A stretch of 64,000 nt of DNA, taken from the IMG/VR virus record IMGVR_UViG_3300006922_000005; one strand, 5' to 3'. The notes beneath the pieces are model-generated. The model saw only the letters and a list, made by a program, of their open reading frames with translations, ran no database searches and had not been told where the DNA came from. The DNA comes from a virus (taxonomy: Duplodnaviria > Caudoviricetes). Both the position numbers and the translations under genes were made by a program. This document shows, in pieces, positions 9,231 to 20,006 of the stretch (position 1 is its first letter; each line of letters starts with the position of its first letter).

Positions 9231-12200
9231 TATAATACCTCAATCAATTTCCAGCCATGTGTGGCATTTGTATATACAAGACCTATTGCTGAATTTTCTG
9301 TAGACAGTGTCAAATCTTCTGCTAGTCCCATTATGTTATTTCCATTTCTTCCTAATACTAGGTTATTGCTATCAAAAGTTCCTGCTAGATCTAAAATTCT
9401 TACAGCATCGCCCATTGCTGGTGACGCCGGAAGTGTTATAATAAATCCGCCGCCTGTTGTATCACACATATAGCCTTCGCCTTTTGTGATTGCACTTGCG
9501 GTAGAAACTTCTGACCATTTAATACTTCCTGCTGGTTCCCAACTAGATGCTCCGTAAACTTCTAAACTATTTGTAGTTGTGTTATATCTAAACATACCTG
9601 ATGTTGGAGTACCGGGTCTGTTAGCAGTTGTACCACTTGGTAATTTAAAGTGGTAACTACCAATTTCTGCTACTTCAACACCTGCAATATCAAAGTCAAT
9701 TGTATCTGTAGCCGCGCCAGTTCCGTTTACTTCTACTTTAGATTGTGAAGGACTATTACCTGCAACAATAGTACCTTGGCTTGCACTTAGACTTGTAATT
9801 TCTTGATCAACATAAGTTTTAACTGCTTTTTCTGTTGGTACTGATTCATCTGAATTATCAGCAAAAGTACCATCAGTACTAAATTCGTTTACTGTAGCAC
9901 CCTGTCTACCTGCTGTAATACTACCAAGTTGTAATTCATTCAAACCAGATAAGTCAAACTCTTCAGATGAAAGTGTTGCTCGTCCTGTTGCTTGTTCAAC
10001 TTTGAAGTAGTCACCTACTCTAAAGTTACCGTCTTGGTCTGTTGTTACATAGAACACTCTACCACCATCTTCAGCAAGTGTTTCTTTAATCTGATCTGGT
10101 TGCTGTGGATAATCTGCTTGAATAATAACTGGATAATTTGTATCTGCAAATCCGCCAGTACCAATGTCTAAGAAGTCATGTCCGCTCATTCTAACTTGAC
10201 TAAATGCTTCTCGGAATACAACTGACGTAGCATCGTCTGGTGTTTTGTTACTTGGAATAGCAGGATCTATTTGTATTGTACCAATACCTGTGTTTGGATC
10301 AAAATTACTTACACCAATAACAAAATATGTTTCTGTATCTCCTGTAATTTGTAATACAGAACCTTCTTTTGGTGATCTTGATAAATTATCAATTGTAAAA
10401 ATTACTCCAGTTCCAATACCTGCAAAACCTTGTCTATTCGCTACAAGTGTTCTTGTTTGACTAGGTGATTGGTTAAGTGTAAGTGTTGAGTCAGTACTTC
10501 CTAAAGTAAGACTAGCCGCTGTTATTTCTTCAATTGATTTAGTAACCACTGTGTTTGTAGTTTGTGTTTCACCAGCAATCGCCGCAAACACATAATTTCC
10601 AGATGTTACAGTACCAATTCCTGAGGCAATGTTACGTTGTACATTTAATATAACACTATTACCTTCTTCTAAACCTGCCGTAATAACATTAACACCGTCA
10701 AGCATTACACCATTAAGTGCTACATTGTTAGTTCCGTTATCAAAAACTTGTGTCCATGTTTCTACTCCAGCACTTGAATATCTTGCTAACAATCCAGCAT
10801 TATTATTGTTAGTACCTTCGTTCATGTAACCTACAAGGTATATATCATTACCAAAAGGTAAAACATCTTTCCACTCGCCTTCTTCTGTACTTAATGCTAT
10901 TTGTTTTTGCCATGCAATATCACCTTTTACATTTATTCTAAATGCTAAAGGATTTTTGTTTACTGCACCAGCATCATAATAACCTGCCGCTACCAAATAG
11001 ATACCGTCACCGTTACCTGTGTCTAATCTTAATTTGTTTATTCTTACATCACCATAAATGTATGATGCTACGTAAGCACCGTTTGATTCAAGTCTTGTAA
11101 TAACTGATTGGTTAGCAGTTGAATCATAACTTGCAACATATAAATTTCCTTCTGCTGTAGCATCACCTGCAAGAGTATAAGTGTCAACGGATGTAGTCGG
11201 GGTTGCCGCTACACATGCAGAACTTGCAACAAGTGTATTTGCCGCGGCACTATCATTATATTCTAATGTTCTTGACCATTGTTCTATGCCTGATGGATTT
11301 AATTTTGTTACACTTGATCCTGTTGTTGTGTGTGTACCGATAGCATATAAGTTATTACCATCTGTTGTTACATCAGCAATTTCTGAAGTGTCACCAATAG
11401 TTTTCTGCCACTGTATTTCGCCTGCTTTTGAAATTGCTAAAATGAATCCTTTATTAGTTGCACTATCATATATAACACCACCTGCATAATATCTGTCACT
11501 TACTTCTACAACACTATGAACTGCTCCATAACTGCTTTCGTAAGTGTACACCCAGTCTAAACTTCCTGCTGAATTAAATTTACAAATAAATGGATAACTT
11601 GCTGTGTTTGACCAACTTGAAGTTACGTCTGTACCTGTAGGATTTGTATGTCCTACAAAAATTCTATTACCAACACTATCTCTATAACTTGTAAACACAT
11701 GTACATTTGAGCCTAATTGTGTAACTGAGTTAATAGTTTGATCGGTTAACTGTAATGTTCCTGTTAGTGGTGTTTCTAATTGTGAATATCCACGGGCAAC
11801 AGCACCATATTCTCCATATGAGTTGTTACCAACAATAGCACGAATTTTACCACCGCTTTCTGCTAGGTAACCAATATTACAATAGTATGTAAAGCATGAT
11901 ACAATCTCAGTTCTACCATCATTTAGTGCATGTACACCAACGCCGTCACTGTTAATCTGTGTCCAGTCATTTGCAACCATACTCTTATAACCACCGTTAT
12001 GTAGAGCACCGTCAATTTTAAATCCAGTTCCTCCTGGAGTAAATGAAGTACAGTTTTGTACATATGGTGACTGTGAAGTAATCCATACAGTTGTATCATC
12101 AGGACCAGTACCTGGATCTAATCCTACAATAACACTTCCTGTTGAGAAATTTCTAAACACAAAGTTACGTAATCTACAGCCGTTGTTCATATGGAACACT

Positions 12201-13753
12201 TCGGAGTTAGCATTTGGTGTTGATCCGTCATCGGATATACCAACACCAAACCCATTGTCATTTGTAGTATCTGGTGAAAGTGTAACAGCACCTAAGCCAT
12301 TACCTTCAAGTACAACACTGCGTCCAACTTTGATTGGACATTGTTCTGTGTATTGTCCTGCTTGAACATTAATACGACACTGCCCTAAACTAAATGTTTG
12401 GTCTGTTGCATGTCTAAGTGTTTTCCAAGACGTAGTAGGTGTTCTACCATCGTTTGTGTCATCTCCTTGTGGAGATACATAATAATCATTTTGTGGAGTT
12501 AAGTGACCCCATGTTGGTTCACCATCTTTAACTGTTAAGAAAGAACCACTAGGACCAACTGGCAATCTTGTAACTTGTGTTGCATCTCTAAAGATTATAT
12601 CACCTTTGGTTGTTACAACAGCATTTGAATCACCTTGTGCCATCATCTGCCAAATAGCATTATCAGTACCTGGTGTTGTACCTGTATTGTCTGCTGTTAA
12701 TGAAACGTAACTTGAAGTAGCATATTCTACAACATCGCCTATTTCATATTCAGTTGCAATATCCCAAGCACCTCTCCAATAAAAACCATCTGAAAATAAT
12801 TCCCAATAATCTGCATTTGGTGGTTCAGGGGAAGTAGAGCCATCATTTTCATACCCTTCAGTACAAATATATGATCTACCATTTAATCTAACTACATCTC
12901 CTGGTTTATAACTAGTGGAGCCATCGTATCCACCTTTCCAATTAAATCCGTCTACTAGTAGATCCCATCCACTAGTATCGATTGTTGGTGGTGTTTGTGG
13001 GTTTACATTATCATAAAAAATTGCACTTTTACAAACATAAATTTTACCACCATATTTTACAACATGGTTTGGTCCATAGTCTGAAATATTATTCCAATCT
13101 TGTAGCCATTTTAAACCTGTTGATAATATATCCCAAAAAGCAGTGTTACTTGGATTTTCAGTATTACCTAACGGTCTTTTTGTTGCTTGTACAACATATT
13201 GATTACCACCGTAATTAACAACGTCACCCGGTCTATACTGTGTAGCATCTCCCCATGCTCCTACATTTTCATATCCTTTTGAATAGACATCCCAATATAC
13301 AGTATTTGTTGGATCGTTGTTTAATGAATTTTGTTTACATACATATAAGAAACCACCATAATAAACAATATCACCTTTTTGATAATTTGTAGAAATACTA
13401 TAGTCGCCTTCAAATTGTTGGCCATCTACAAACTTGCTCCAGTAACCTGGCTGATCATATGGATTTTGATTTGTACTTTCTTGTAAAGCAATATATACTG
13501 CTCCACCGTATGTTACTGTTTGTCCTTTTTTGTATAGTGTTGAGGTTCCCCATACTCCTGCACTTTCAAGTCCTTCTGACATTACCTCGAATTTTGATGA
13601 ATTGTTAACAAAAACTGTGTCACTTGTATGAGCGTCAATACAAACATAGACACTAGGACCGTATTTTACAATATCGTCTTTGTTATATGTAGTGGTAGGA
13701 GCCCAGTCGCCCTTCCACGTAAATTTTAAATTTCCTAGGTTAATAACTGTCAT
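9230..13753 (-). CDS. Large tail-fibre / receptor-binding-like protein, 1507 aa
   Basis: About 8 N-terminal W..T.Y..GD.V.YGG..Y repeats (CBM5/12-like), a beta-helix-like region, a beta-propeller-like region and a GTTANRP module. Confidence 0.75.
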   Translation of the reverse strand: MTVINLGNLKFTWKGDWAPTTTYNKDDIVKYGPSVYVCIDAHTSDTVFVNNSSKFEVMSEGLESAGVWGTSTLYKKGQTVTYGGAVYIALQESTNQNPYDQPGYWSKFVDGQQFEGDYSISTNYQKGDIVYYGGFLYVCKQNSLNNDPTNTVYWDVYSKGYENVGAWGDATQYRPGDVVNYGGNQYVVQATKRPLGNTENPSNTAFWDILSTGLKWLQDWNNISDYGPNHVVKYGGKIYVCKSAIFYDNVNPQTPPTIDTSGWDLLVDGFNWKGGYDGSTSYKPGDVVRLNGRSYICTEGYENDGSTSPEPPNADYWELFSDGFYWRGAWDIATEYEIGDVVEYATSSYVSLTADNTGTTPGTDNAIWQMMAQGDSNAVVTTKGDIIFRDATQVTRLPVGPSGSFLTVKDGEPTWGHLTPQNDYYVSPQGDDTNDGRTPTTSWKTLRHATDQTFSLGQCRINVQAGQYTEQCPIKVGRSVVLEGNGLGAVTLSPDTTNDNGFGVGISDDGSTPNANSEVFHMNNGCRLRNFVFRNFSTGSVIVGLDPGTGPDDTTVWITSQSPYVQNCTSFTPGGTGFKIDGALHNGGYKSMVANDWTQINSDGVGVHALNDGRTEIVSCFTYYCNIGYLAESGGKIRAIVGNNSYGEYGAVARGYSQLETPLTGTLQLTDQTINSVTQLGSNVHVFTSYRDSVGNRIFVGHTNPTGTDVTSSWSNTASYPFICKFNSAGSLDWVYTYESSYGAVHSVVEVSDRYYAGGVIYDSATNKGFILAISKAGEIQWQKTIGDTSEIADVTTDGNNLYAIGTHTTTGSSVTKLNPSGIEQWSRTLEYNDSAAANTLVASSACVAATPTTSVDTYTLAGDATAEGNLYVASYDSTANQSVITRLESNGAYVASYIYGDVRINKLRLDTGNGDGIYLVAAGYYDAGAVNKNPLAFRINVKGDIAWQKQIALSTEEGEWKDVLPFGNDIYLVGYMNEGTNNNNAGLLARYSSAGVETWTQVFDNGTNNVALNGVMLDGVNVITAGLEEGNSVILNVQRNIASGIGTVTSGNYVFAAIAGETQTTNTVVTKSIEEITAASLTLGSTDSTLTLNQSPSQTRTLVANRQGFAGIGTGVIFTIDNLSRSPKEGSVLQITGDTETYFVIGVSNFDPNTGIGTIQIDPAIPSNKTPDDATSVVFREAFSQVRMSGHDFLDIGTGGFADTNYPVIIQADYPQQPDQIKETLAEDGGRVFYVTTDQDGNFRVGDYFKVEQATGRATLSSEEFDLSGLNELQLGSITAGRQGATVNEFSTDGTFADNSDESVPTEKAVKTYVDQEITSLSASQGTIVAGNSPSQSKVEVNGTGAATDTIDFDIAGVEVAEIGSYHFKLPSGTTANRPGTPTSGMFRYNTTTNSLEVYGASSWEPAGSIKWSEVSTASAITKGEGYMCDTTGGGFIITLPASPAMGDAVRILDLAGTFDSNNLVLGRNGNNIMGLAEDLTLSTENSAIGLVYTNATHGWKLIEVL

Positions 13754-14010
13754 TGTGGGTTCTCTCTATACGTATATATTAGTTGTCCATTGGTATTTAT
13801 CGAATACTTTCCATCATCGTCACCAATGTATTTTTCAGTAAACAAATCAACATTGTTACCGTCTTTAAGTTTAACTTCTCCGCTAGTAATTCTAGTATAT
13901 TCTAAATTACCATTTGAATTCTTATTAAATCCATGGAAACAACTACGTCCTTGACCGCTTCCTGCAGGACCGCCCTGTGGATTTCCAATAAAATTAGGTA
14001 TAGTTGCCAT
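13750..14010 (-). CDS. Hypothetical virion-associated protein, 86 aa
   Basis: Translationally coupled on both sides within the structural operon. Confidence 0.7.
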   Translation of the reverse strand: MATIPNFIGNPQGGPAGSGQGRSCFHGFNKNSNGNLEYTRITSGEVKLKDGNNVDLFTEKYIGDDDGKYSINTNGQLIYTYRENPQ

Positions 14011-14011
14011 A

Positions 14012-14344
14012 TTACGTTATCTCCAATACACTTACAATGCTATCTAAACTATTTGCAGTATCTGATCTAACGCATAGTTCTTGATTAGGCTTAATAACAA
14101 GTTTTTGTTCTCCACCTACTGGTACAGTTGCCGCACCCGCATTTAATGTTGTTCCTTTAAGTAGATATACCTCTGTACTATCTACATCACGCACAAATAT
14201 ATCTAATACAACACTATTTGATGTTCTATTTGATACTGTAAACCCAATAATTGTAGTGTAAATTACACTAGCACCAGGGGTATATACAGTTACATCTGCT
14301 GTTCCTATTCCTGCATTTAATTTGTTATCAAAACTGTTTGCCAT
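14012..14344 (-). CDS. Small virion protein, paralogue of 19651-19998
   Basis: MANSF...VYT...N.T..D..V...E.KLV...S..EI pattern shared with 19651-19998. Confidence 0.7.
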   Translation of the reverse strand: MANSFDNKLNAGIGTADVTVYTPGASVIYTTIIGFTVSNRTSNSVVLDIFVRDVDSTEVYLLKGTTLNAGAATVPVGGEQKLVIKPNQELCVRSDTANSLDSIVSVLEIT

Positions 14345-14352
14345 ACTATTAA

Positions 14353-17300
14353 TTATCCTAACGCTATCGAATATGTTATTGCTTCATCTACTGCTTGTGC
14401 CCTTGTTATTACATTTGGAGCAGGTATAGTACTATAATTTACTACACTTATTGCTACTGTATCACTTGGAGCAGTATCAAATGTTAATGTTGTACCACTA
14501 ACACTAAATTCACTTGGGTTTGTATACACACCATTTAAGAACACTAACACTCCGTACTTATCTAATGCTTCGTTTGTCATTGTAAAAGCGACAGTACTAC
14601 CATCACCTATAAACGAATCTACATTAGTTGCCGGAACACTCGGACTGCTTAAATGTCTTACATCAACTATCGCACCATTCTCAACTGGATATGCAGTTGA
14701 TGTACCATCTATAAAGATTAGTTCTTTTCCAGCAATAATATATGCTTCGCCCGGAGTCTGTACAACACCGTTAATAGCAACCATAAGTGATTCTGCTGAG
14801 TTTGGTGTAGTTGAAAGTGTAAAGGCGTATTCTGTGCCATCACCTGTAAATGATTGTTGTGTTACCGGAGTACCATAACCAATACCTAAATAACTCCATC
14901 CGCCATTTGCAAAGTATGCTTCAAATTTATCAGTTTCAGTGTTTAATCTTACTTCACCAGTTGTTGGAGAAACTGCACGTTCTGCCGTTGTTCCTCTTGG
15001 TAATATAAGCCTACCATCTTCAAAATCTATAGCACCGTCTGCTTTAGCAGTAGTTCCGTTGTCACTTGTAATTGCTTTTTTATCTGTATCAGTTACTACA
15101 AGTTTACTTGCAGAGTAACCTTTAAGTTTTACTGTGTTAGCAGATATAGTTTCGTATCCACTAATTGTAATGTCGCCAACTTGTGTACCTTGTTCAATTG
15201 ATCTTATTGCCGCAAATTCATCTTCGCTTTCGTCGTAAACAAAACCAACGTTAATATCATTTCCTCTTTCAAGGATTATACCCATGTCAACTGTGTTGGA
15301 TCCACTTGCACTTTGGTTAAGTGAAATCAAAGGATCTGTAAAGAATACGTTACCTGAACTACTTGGCGCACTTGATCCGCCGTCAATTAAAACTCTACCT
15401 GTTCCGTTTGCACGTAAAATTAAATCTTCGTTTGTATTAATGTTTTCAATAACATTATCATTAATGCTAACTTTGTTATCAACTACTAATCCACCTCTTG
15501 AAATTATTACTTTTGGATAATCCGGAGGAGTTTCGCCGTAGTTGTTACCTACATAAAATGTAAATTGGTCTGAGTCATCATTTGCAGTTTCAACAGTTAC
15601 ATATGTATCACCGTCACCATCTGTAATTGAACCACCGCCAATTAATTCCCATGCACTACCCGACCATGCTTCAATTGATCTTAAATTACTGTTGTACCTA
15701 ATGATACCTGTATCACCTGTTCCATACCCAACATGTCTTTGTAAAGTTGTACCTGTTGGAATTTTAATACCATTAGTTCCTGTAAAGTCAACATACGATC
15801 CAGCAGTAGTATCTAATGCTTTTATTTTATCAATTCCAAGTCCGTTTGTTGAATCTATTTCTGCGGCCTTTGTACCACCTGTGTAAAAATCTAATCTATC
15901 TTCATCAGCACCAGGAACACTTTCTGGAATAATATAAGTGTCGTTATCAACATCACGTACTCCGCCTAAACTTGACCAAGCAGTTCCGTTAAAGCCTTCA
16001 AACTGTGTTGTATCAGTATTAAATCTTACTGTACCTTTTAATAAGTTTACATTTCCTGTCGGACGTTCTGCATCTGTACCAACTGGTAATTTAATAGCAG
16101 TTGTATTATCAAATTTAATAAAGTCATCTGTTAGTGGTTGTAAAATATTTGTTCTAAAACTTGTTGTGTCTAACTGTGCAGTTTCTGTACCACCTGTAAA
16201 GAATTGTAAAATATCTTCATCATTACCTGGACCTGTTTCTGGTTGAATATATGTATCACTGTCAACATCTCTAACACCTCCTAAAGAACTCCATGCGTTA
16301 GTTGCATATCCTTCAAACTGTTGTGTTGTTGTATTAAAACGTATGTGTCCTGTAACTCCAGTTGGTCTTTGTATTGTTGTACCAGTTGGAATATTAAGTG
16401 CTTCATTACCAACAATATCAACATAACCTGTTTGGTTACCTTGCAATTCTAAGTTTGCACCTGATATAGTTGTTTCTAAACCATTGTTTCTAATTAATAC
16501 GTTGTCAACTTGTATTTGTGTTGCGTTAACTTGATTTTCTTCTAGTATCATAATCAAGTTAGAAGTTGAACCATCACCTCCGTAGAAGTTTTTAATGTGT
16601 GCATTTCTCCAACGTTTTGTAGTTTTACCTACATCGTATGTAATGTCTGCATCAGGAATTAAATTACTGTTAAGATCTGCATTGATTGTAATATTATCTG
16701 TATCTTGGTTACCTAGTGTAATGTTACCTTCTAAATCAATGTTACCACTTACATTTAAGTTTCCTGTAATATTAGTTTCGCCTGTAGTTGGAGAAATAAT
16801 AACATCTCCGGAAACTGTTGAAATAGTGTTTCCTGATAATACAAGGTTTCCTGTTGATACTTGTGTAGGATCAATTATAGTTGTATTTGGACCATTTGTA
16901 AAATTAATACCTGTTAAAGAACTAACATCAAAACTTCCGCCACTAAATGTAACAGCACCTGTGTCTTGGTCTACATAAAATAAATCACCAATTCTATAAT
17001 CGCCATATTGGTCAGTTGAGTTATAAAATACTCTACCACTGTTTGCTTCTGTAATTTCGTTTGCTTGTGCTACATCATTGTCGTTGTTGTTAAACTTTTT
17101 ACCTGAACCAATGTAACCAAAATCATGTGAACTCATTCTTAGTCTTACATCTGGACCATCTGCTCTAACACCAAATTGTCCATAAACGTTTGCACTAGAA
17201 ATAGAGCGTAGTTCAGCACCAAATTGTTTTCTATCGTATCTAATTACTGACGTTGCAGTTGCATTAGATGTTTGTCCTTCAATACTTGCAGTATCGTCTG

Positions 17301-19044
17301 TAAATGTTAAATCTGCAAAGTTTGCTAAATTATCAAAGCGTCCATCGATGGTTAAAGTATTTCCATCAACACTTTCAATAGTTGCAGTTGCAGTTGTTGA
17401 CCCATCAGTCGATGTAAAGACAACGCTTTCTCCTGCTTGGAATGGACCATTTGTAACACTTGCAAACTCAATTAAAGTTTTACCGTCGCCATAAAGTCCT
17501 GTTGTTCCTGCAACACCTTCAATACCTTGTTGTGCAAAATATACAAAACTGTTTAACCATTCTGCTCTTGCACCTTCTGTAATAATAAGTCCTTTTGAAT
17601 TAGGTACAATACATGTAACACTATCAAATAACATTGCCGCTTCTAAAGAACCATTATTTAAAACACTACCGTCAATTAGTATACCACGACCTGCATCACC
17701 TGCATCATATCCATATGGATCATCTGATGGATTAGTACCAAGCCTTACTGTTGAACCTAAGTTTAAAATTGTTATGTGTCTTAAGTATGCACTACGTCTT
17801 GTAATTAATGCATTGTTTGCATATTTAAAAGCATACCCTGAAGTTCCGTCCCATTCAATTTCTCTAACAGTTAAGTTTTCAATAGTTACTTCACCGTTTA
17901 GTAAAAAGAAATCATTTGTTCTAGTTGCCGCTGTTGGTTTAAGTTGTGTTGAACGAAGTCCTTGTCCAATAATACTTACACCTTTTGGAACTGTAAGTGG
18001 TGCTACTTCTTCAAATGTACCACTACCTAAATAAATTGTATCGCCTGATGTTGCAACGGTTAATGCTTTTGCAAGGGTTAAGAATGCTTCATTCTCTGCT
18101 CCACCGTTGTTTGTATCATCACCGTTTGTATGTACAAAATAACTGTTGCCTTGCTGTAATAATAAATTTGTACCATTAGCAAGTACTAGTCCTGTACCAG
18201 AACTGTTTATGTTAATATTTGTATTTGAATTAACTGCAAAAATACCTGTGTTGTCAGCATCACCGTCAACTAGGATATTACCAAATCTTAATTCTTCACC
18301 AGTTAGGTTTACGTTACCACCTGAAGTAACTTCAAGTCCATAAATGTTTACAACGCCTGTACCGTTTGCACGAATAACTAAATTTTCATTTGTATTTTGT
18401 GGTTGTATTACATTGTCAGTAATTTGTAGATCGCCAATGTTTGCTTGATTCGAATCAATAGTTTTCCAACGCTTACTTGGATTACCTAAAACATATTTGT
18501 TTGATTCATCTGGTAAAATATCACTTACAACGTCTGCATTAAAAGTAATGTTGTCTGTGTTTCCATCACCTAGTGTAATATTTCCTGCCGCAGTAATCGT
18601 TCCTGTAGCAAATAAGTTACCTGTAATATTTGTGTTACCAACTAATTCAATTGTACCAACACCGTTTGGTCTTAATTCAATTGGAGCATTTGAATCTAAA
18701 GTTGTAATATAGTTGTCATTAATTTCTAATGAATCAACATGAATTTTTGAATGATAGATAACAGGATCATTACCTGCTGGTAACAATTCAATTGTTCCAA
18801 GGTTTGATGAAATTGTGTTGTTTTGTAAGTTTAAATTACCAACTGAAACTTGGTTTGTTGCTTGTAAATTTGTTGCGTTTATAGTGCCGTTAACATCTAC
18901 GTCATAGGCTGGACTGTTGGTCTTAACACCAATTCTATTGTTGCTTACATCTAAATATAATAAATCCGTTTCAAATGCTAAATCTACTCCATTACGTAGC
19001 AAATTTGCCTTCAACAACGGACCTGAAATTCGACCGACGGCCAT
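14353..19044 (-). CDS. Large virion structural / fibre protein, 1563 aa
   Basis: Repeated P.GT..QRP..G..RFNT..QFEG...W modules, N.NL.L..NG.G.V repeats and F.GDG repeats; AGGAG SD at 19051-19055. Confidence 0.8.
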   Translation of the reverse strand: MAVGRISGPLLKANLLRNGVDLAFETDLLYLDVSNNRIGVKTNSPAYDVDVNGTINATNLQATNQVSVGNLNLQNNTISSNLGTIELLPAGNDPVIYHSKIHVDSLEINDNYITTLDSNAPIELRPNGVGTIELVGNTNITGNLFATGTITAAGNITLGDGNTDNITFNADVVSDILPDESNKYVLGNPSKRWKTIDSNQANIGDLQITDNVIQPQNTNENLVIRANGTGVVNIYGLEVTSGGNVNLTGEELRFGNILVDGDADNTGIFAVNSNTNININSSGTGLVLANGTNLLLQQGNSYFVHTNGDDTNNGGAENEAFLTLAKALTVATSGDTIYLGSGTFEEVAPLTVPKGVSIIGQGLRSTQLKPTAATRTNDFFLLNGEVTIENLTVREIEWDGTSGYAFKYANNALITRRSAYLRHITILNLGSTVRLGTNPSDDPYGYDAGDAGRGILIDGSVLNNGSLEAAMLFDSVTCIVPNSKGLIITEGARAEWLNSFVYFAQQGIEGVAGTTGLYGDGKTLIEFASVTNGPFQAGESVVFTSTDGSTTATATIESVDGNTLTIDGRFDNLANFADLTFTDDTASIEGQTSNATATSVIRYDRKQFGAELRSISSANVYGQFGVRADGPDVRLRMSSHDFGYIGSGKKFNNNDNDVAQANEITEANSGRVFYNSTDQYGDYRIGDLFYVDQDTGAVTFSGGSFDVSSLTGINFTNGPNTTIIDPTQVSTGNLVLSGNTISTVSGDVIISPTTGETNITGNLNVSGNIDLEGNITLGNQDTDNITINADLNSNLIPDADITYDVGKTTKRWRNAHIKNFYGGDGSTSNLIMILEENQVNATQIQVDNVLIRNNGLETTISGANLELQGNQTGYVDIVGNEALNIPTGTTIQRPTGVTGHIRFNTTTQQFEGYATNAWSSLGGVRDVDSDTYIQPETGPGNDEDILQFFTGGTETAQLDTTSFRTNILQPLTDDFIKFDNTTAIKLPVGTDAERPTGNVNLLKGTVRFNTDTTQFEGFNGTAWSSLGGVRDVDNDTYIIPESVPGADEDRLDFYTGGTKAAEIDSTNGLGIDKIKALDTTAGSYVDFTGTNGIKIPTGTTLQRHVGYGTGDTGIIRYNSNLRSIEAWSGSAWELIGGGSITDGDGDTYVTVETANDDSDQFTFYVGNNYGETPPDYPKVIISRGGLVVDNKVSINDNVIENINTNEDLILRANGTGRVLIDGGSSAPSSSGNVFFTDPLISLNQSASGSNTVDMGIILERGNDINVGFVYDESEDEFAAIRSIEQGTQVGDITISGYETISANTVKLKGYSASKLVVTDTDKKAITSDNGTTAKADGAIDFEDGRLILPRGTTAERAVSPTTGEVRLNTETDKFEAYFANGGWSYLGIGYGTPVTQQSFTGDGTEYAFTLSTTPNSAESLMVAINGVVQTPGEAYIIAGKELIFIDGTSTAYPVENGAIVDVRHLSSPSVPATNVDSFIGDGSTVAFTMTNEALDKYGVLVFLNGVYTNPSEFSVSGTTLTFDTAPSDTVAISVVNYSTIPAPNVITRAQAVDEAITYSIALG

Positions 19045-19183
19045 TGTGTTCTCCTATAAACGGGCATCCTGTGCCACTAACCACATTACATAGCGGGTTA
19101 ACCACTGTTTGTCCTGTAAACCTAATTCGGTCAAGTTTACATTAACAGTATTTAGTCTTTAATGGAAAAAGGGTATAGTTGGC

Positions 19184-19651
19184 TTAGTCAAAACCGTGTA
19201 TTACAACAACATCTTTACCCAAAGGTACAGCACTATCAAAGCGTAGGTATTGTCCACCTTGTCCTTGTACCATAGTGTAGTTTACGCCTGCGATTTGAAC
19301 AACGTTTTCTACTAATACTAAAACGTTTGCGGCTGTTGCTGGTGTAGGACTTAAAGGTCCAAACTCTTGATTTGTTGCATCTCCAGTACCTAAGTTTTGT
19401 ACTGTGATTGTATTAGGACGCATAGTTCTTGCTTGTTCCCATGCGTTGTTTACATAAAATTCAAATTCATTTTCTTCTGTGTTATATCTTATCTGTCCAT
19501 TCTCAGGATATGCTGGACGTTCTGCATTTGATCCCATAGGAACTTTTACTGCATAATTTGTACCAAGAACAACTTGACCATTCGCTTCAACAGAAACACT
19601 AGGATCTGTGATAAGTTTAGAGTTCAATTGTTGTTTTTTAACAAATCTCAT
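19184..19651 (-). CDS. Virion structural protein, 155 aa
   Basis: VPMGSNAERP..GQIRYN module; coupled to the upstream gene. Confidence 0.75.
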   Translation of the reverse strand: MRFVKKQQLNSKLITDPSVSVEANGQVVLGTNYAVKVPMGSNAERPAYPENGQIRYNTEENEFEFYVNNAWEQARTMRPNTITVQNLGTGDATNQEFGPLSPTPATAANVLVLVENVVQIAGVNYTMVQGQGGQYLRFDSAVPLGKDVVVIHGFD

Positions 19652-19998
19652 TACACTGCTACCGTACTAATTGTTGCACTAATCGTAGCCGGTGATGTTG
19701 TTTGTGCTACAATAGCATCTCCGTTTTCAAGGACTAATCTTTCACTATCCATAATAAAAGTTTCTCCTCCAGGAATTTTTAATTGATGTAATATTTTATT
19801 TTCATCACCTGCTGAACCACCATTTGGTACAATATGTAAATCTAAAAATGTATCTGCATCTGTTAAAACGTTTCCTGCACCAGTAATATTATCTGTGTCT
19901 TGATAGTTACAAAATATCATACTTGTAACTGCCGAGTCACCACTGCTGGTGTAAAGTGTTGTTAATGTAGCATCTATAAAGTTGTTTGTAATCGCCAT
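19651..19998 (-). CDS. Small virion protein, paralogue of 14012-14344
   Basis: AGGA SD; same pattern as 14012-14344. Confidence 0.7.
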   Translation of the reverse strand: MAITNNFIDATLTTLYTSSGDSAVTSMIFCNYQDTDNITGAGNVLTDADTFLDLHIVPNGGSAGDENKILHQLKIPGGETFIMDSERLVLENGDAIVAQTTSPATISATISTVAV

Positions 19999-20006
19999 TG
20001 TTTTTC

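Noticed and set aside
9261-18712. Many short plus-strand ORFs
   Set aside because: All lie antisense within long fibre genes and have no SD or motifs.
7638-19044. Diversity-generating retroelement targeting Mtd-like modules
   Set aside because: No reverse transcriptase and no adenine-variant TR/VR pair seen in the window.
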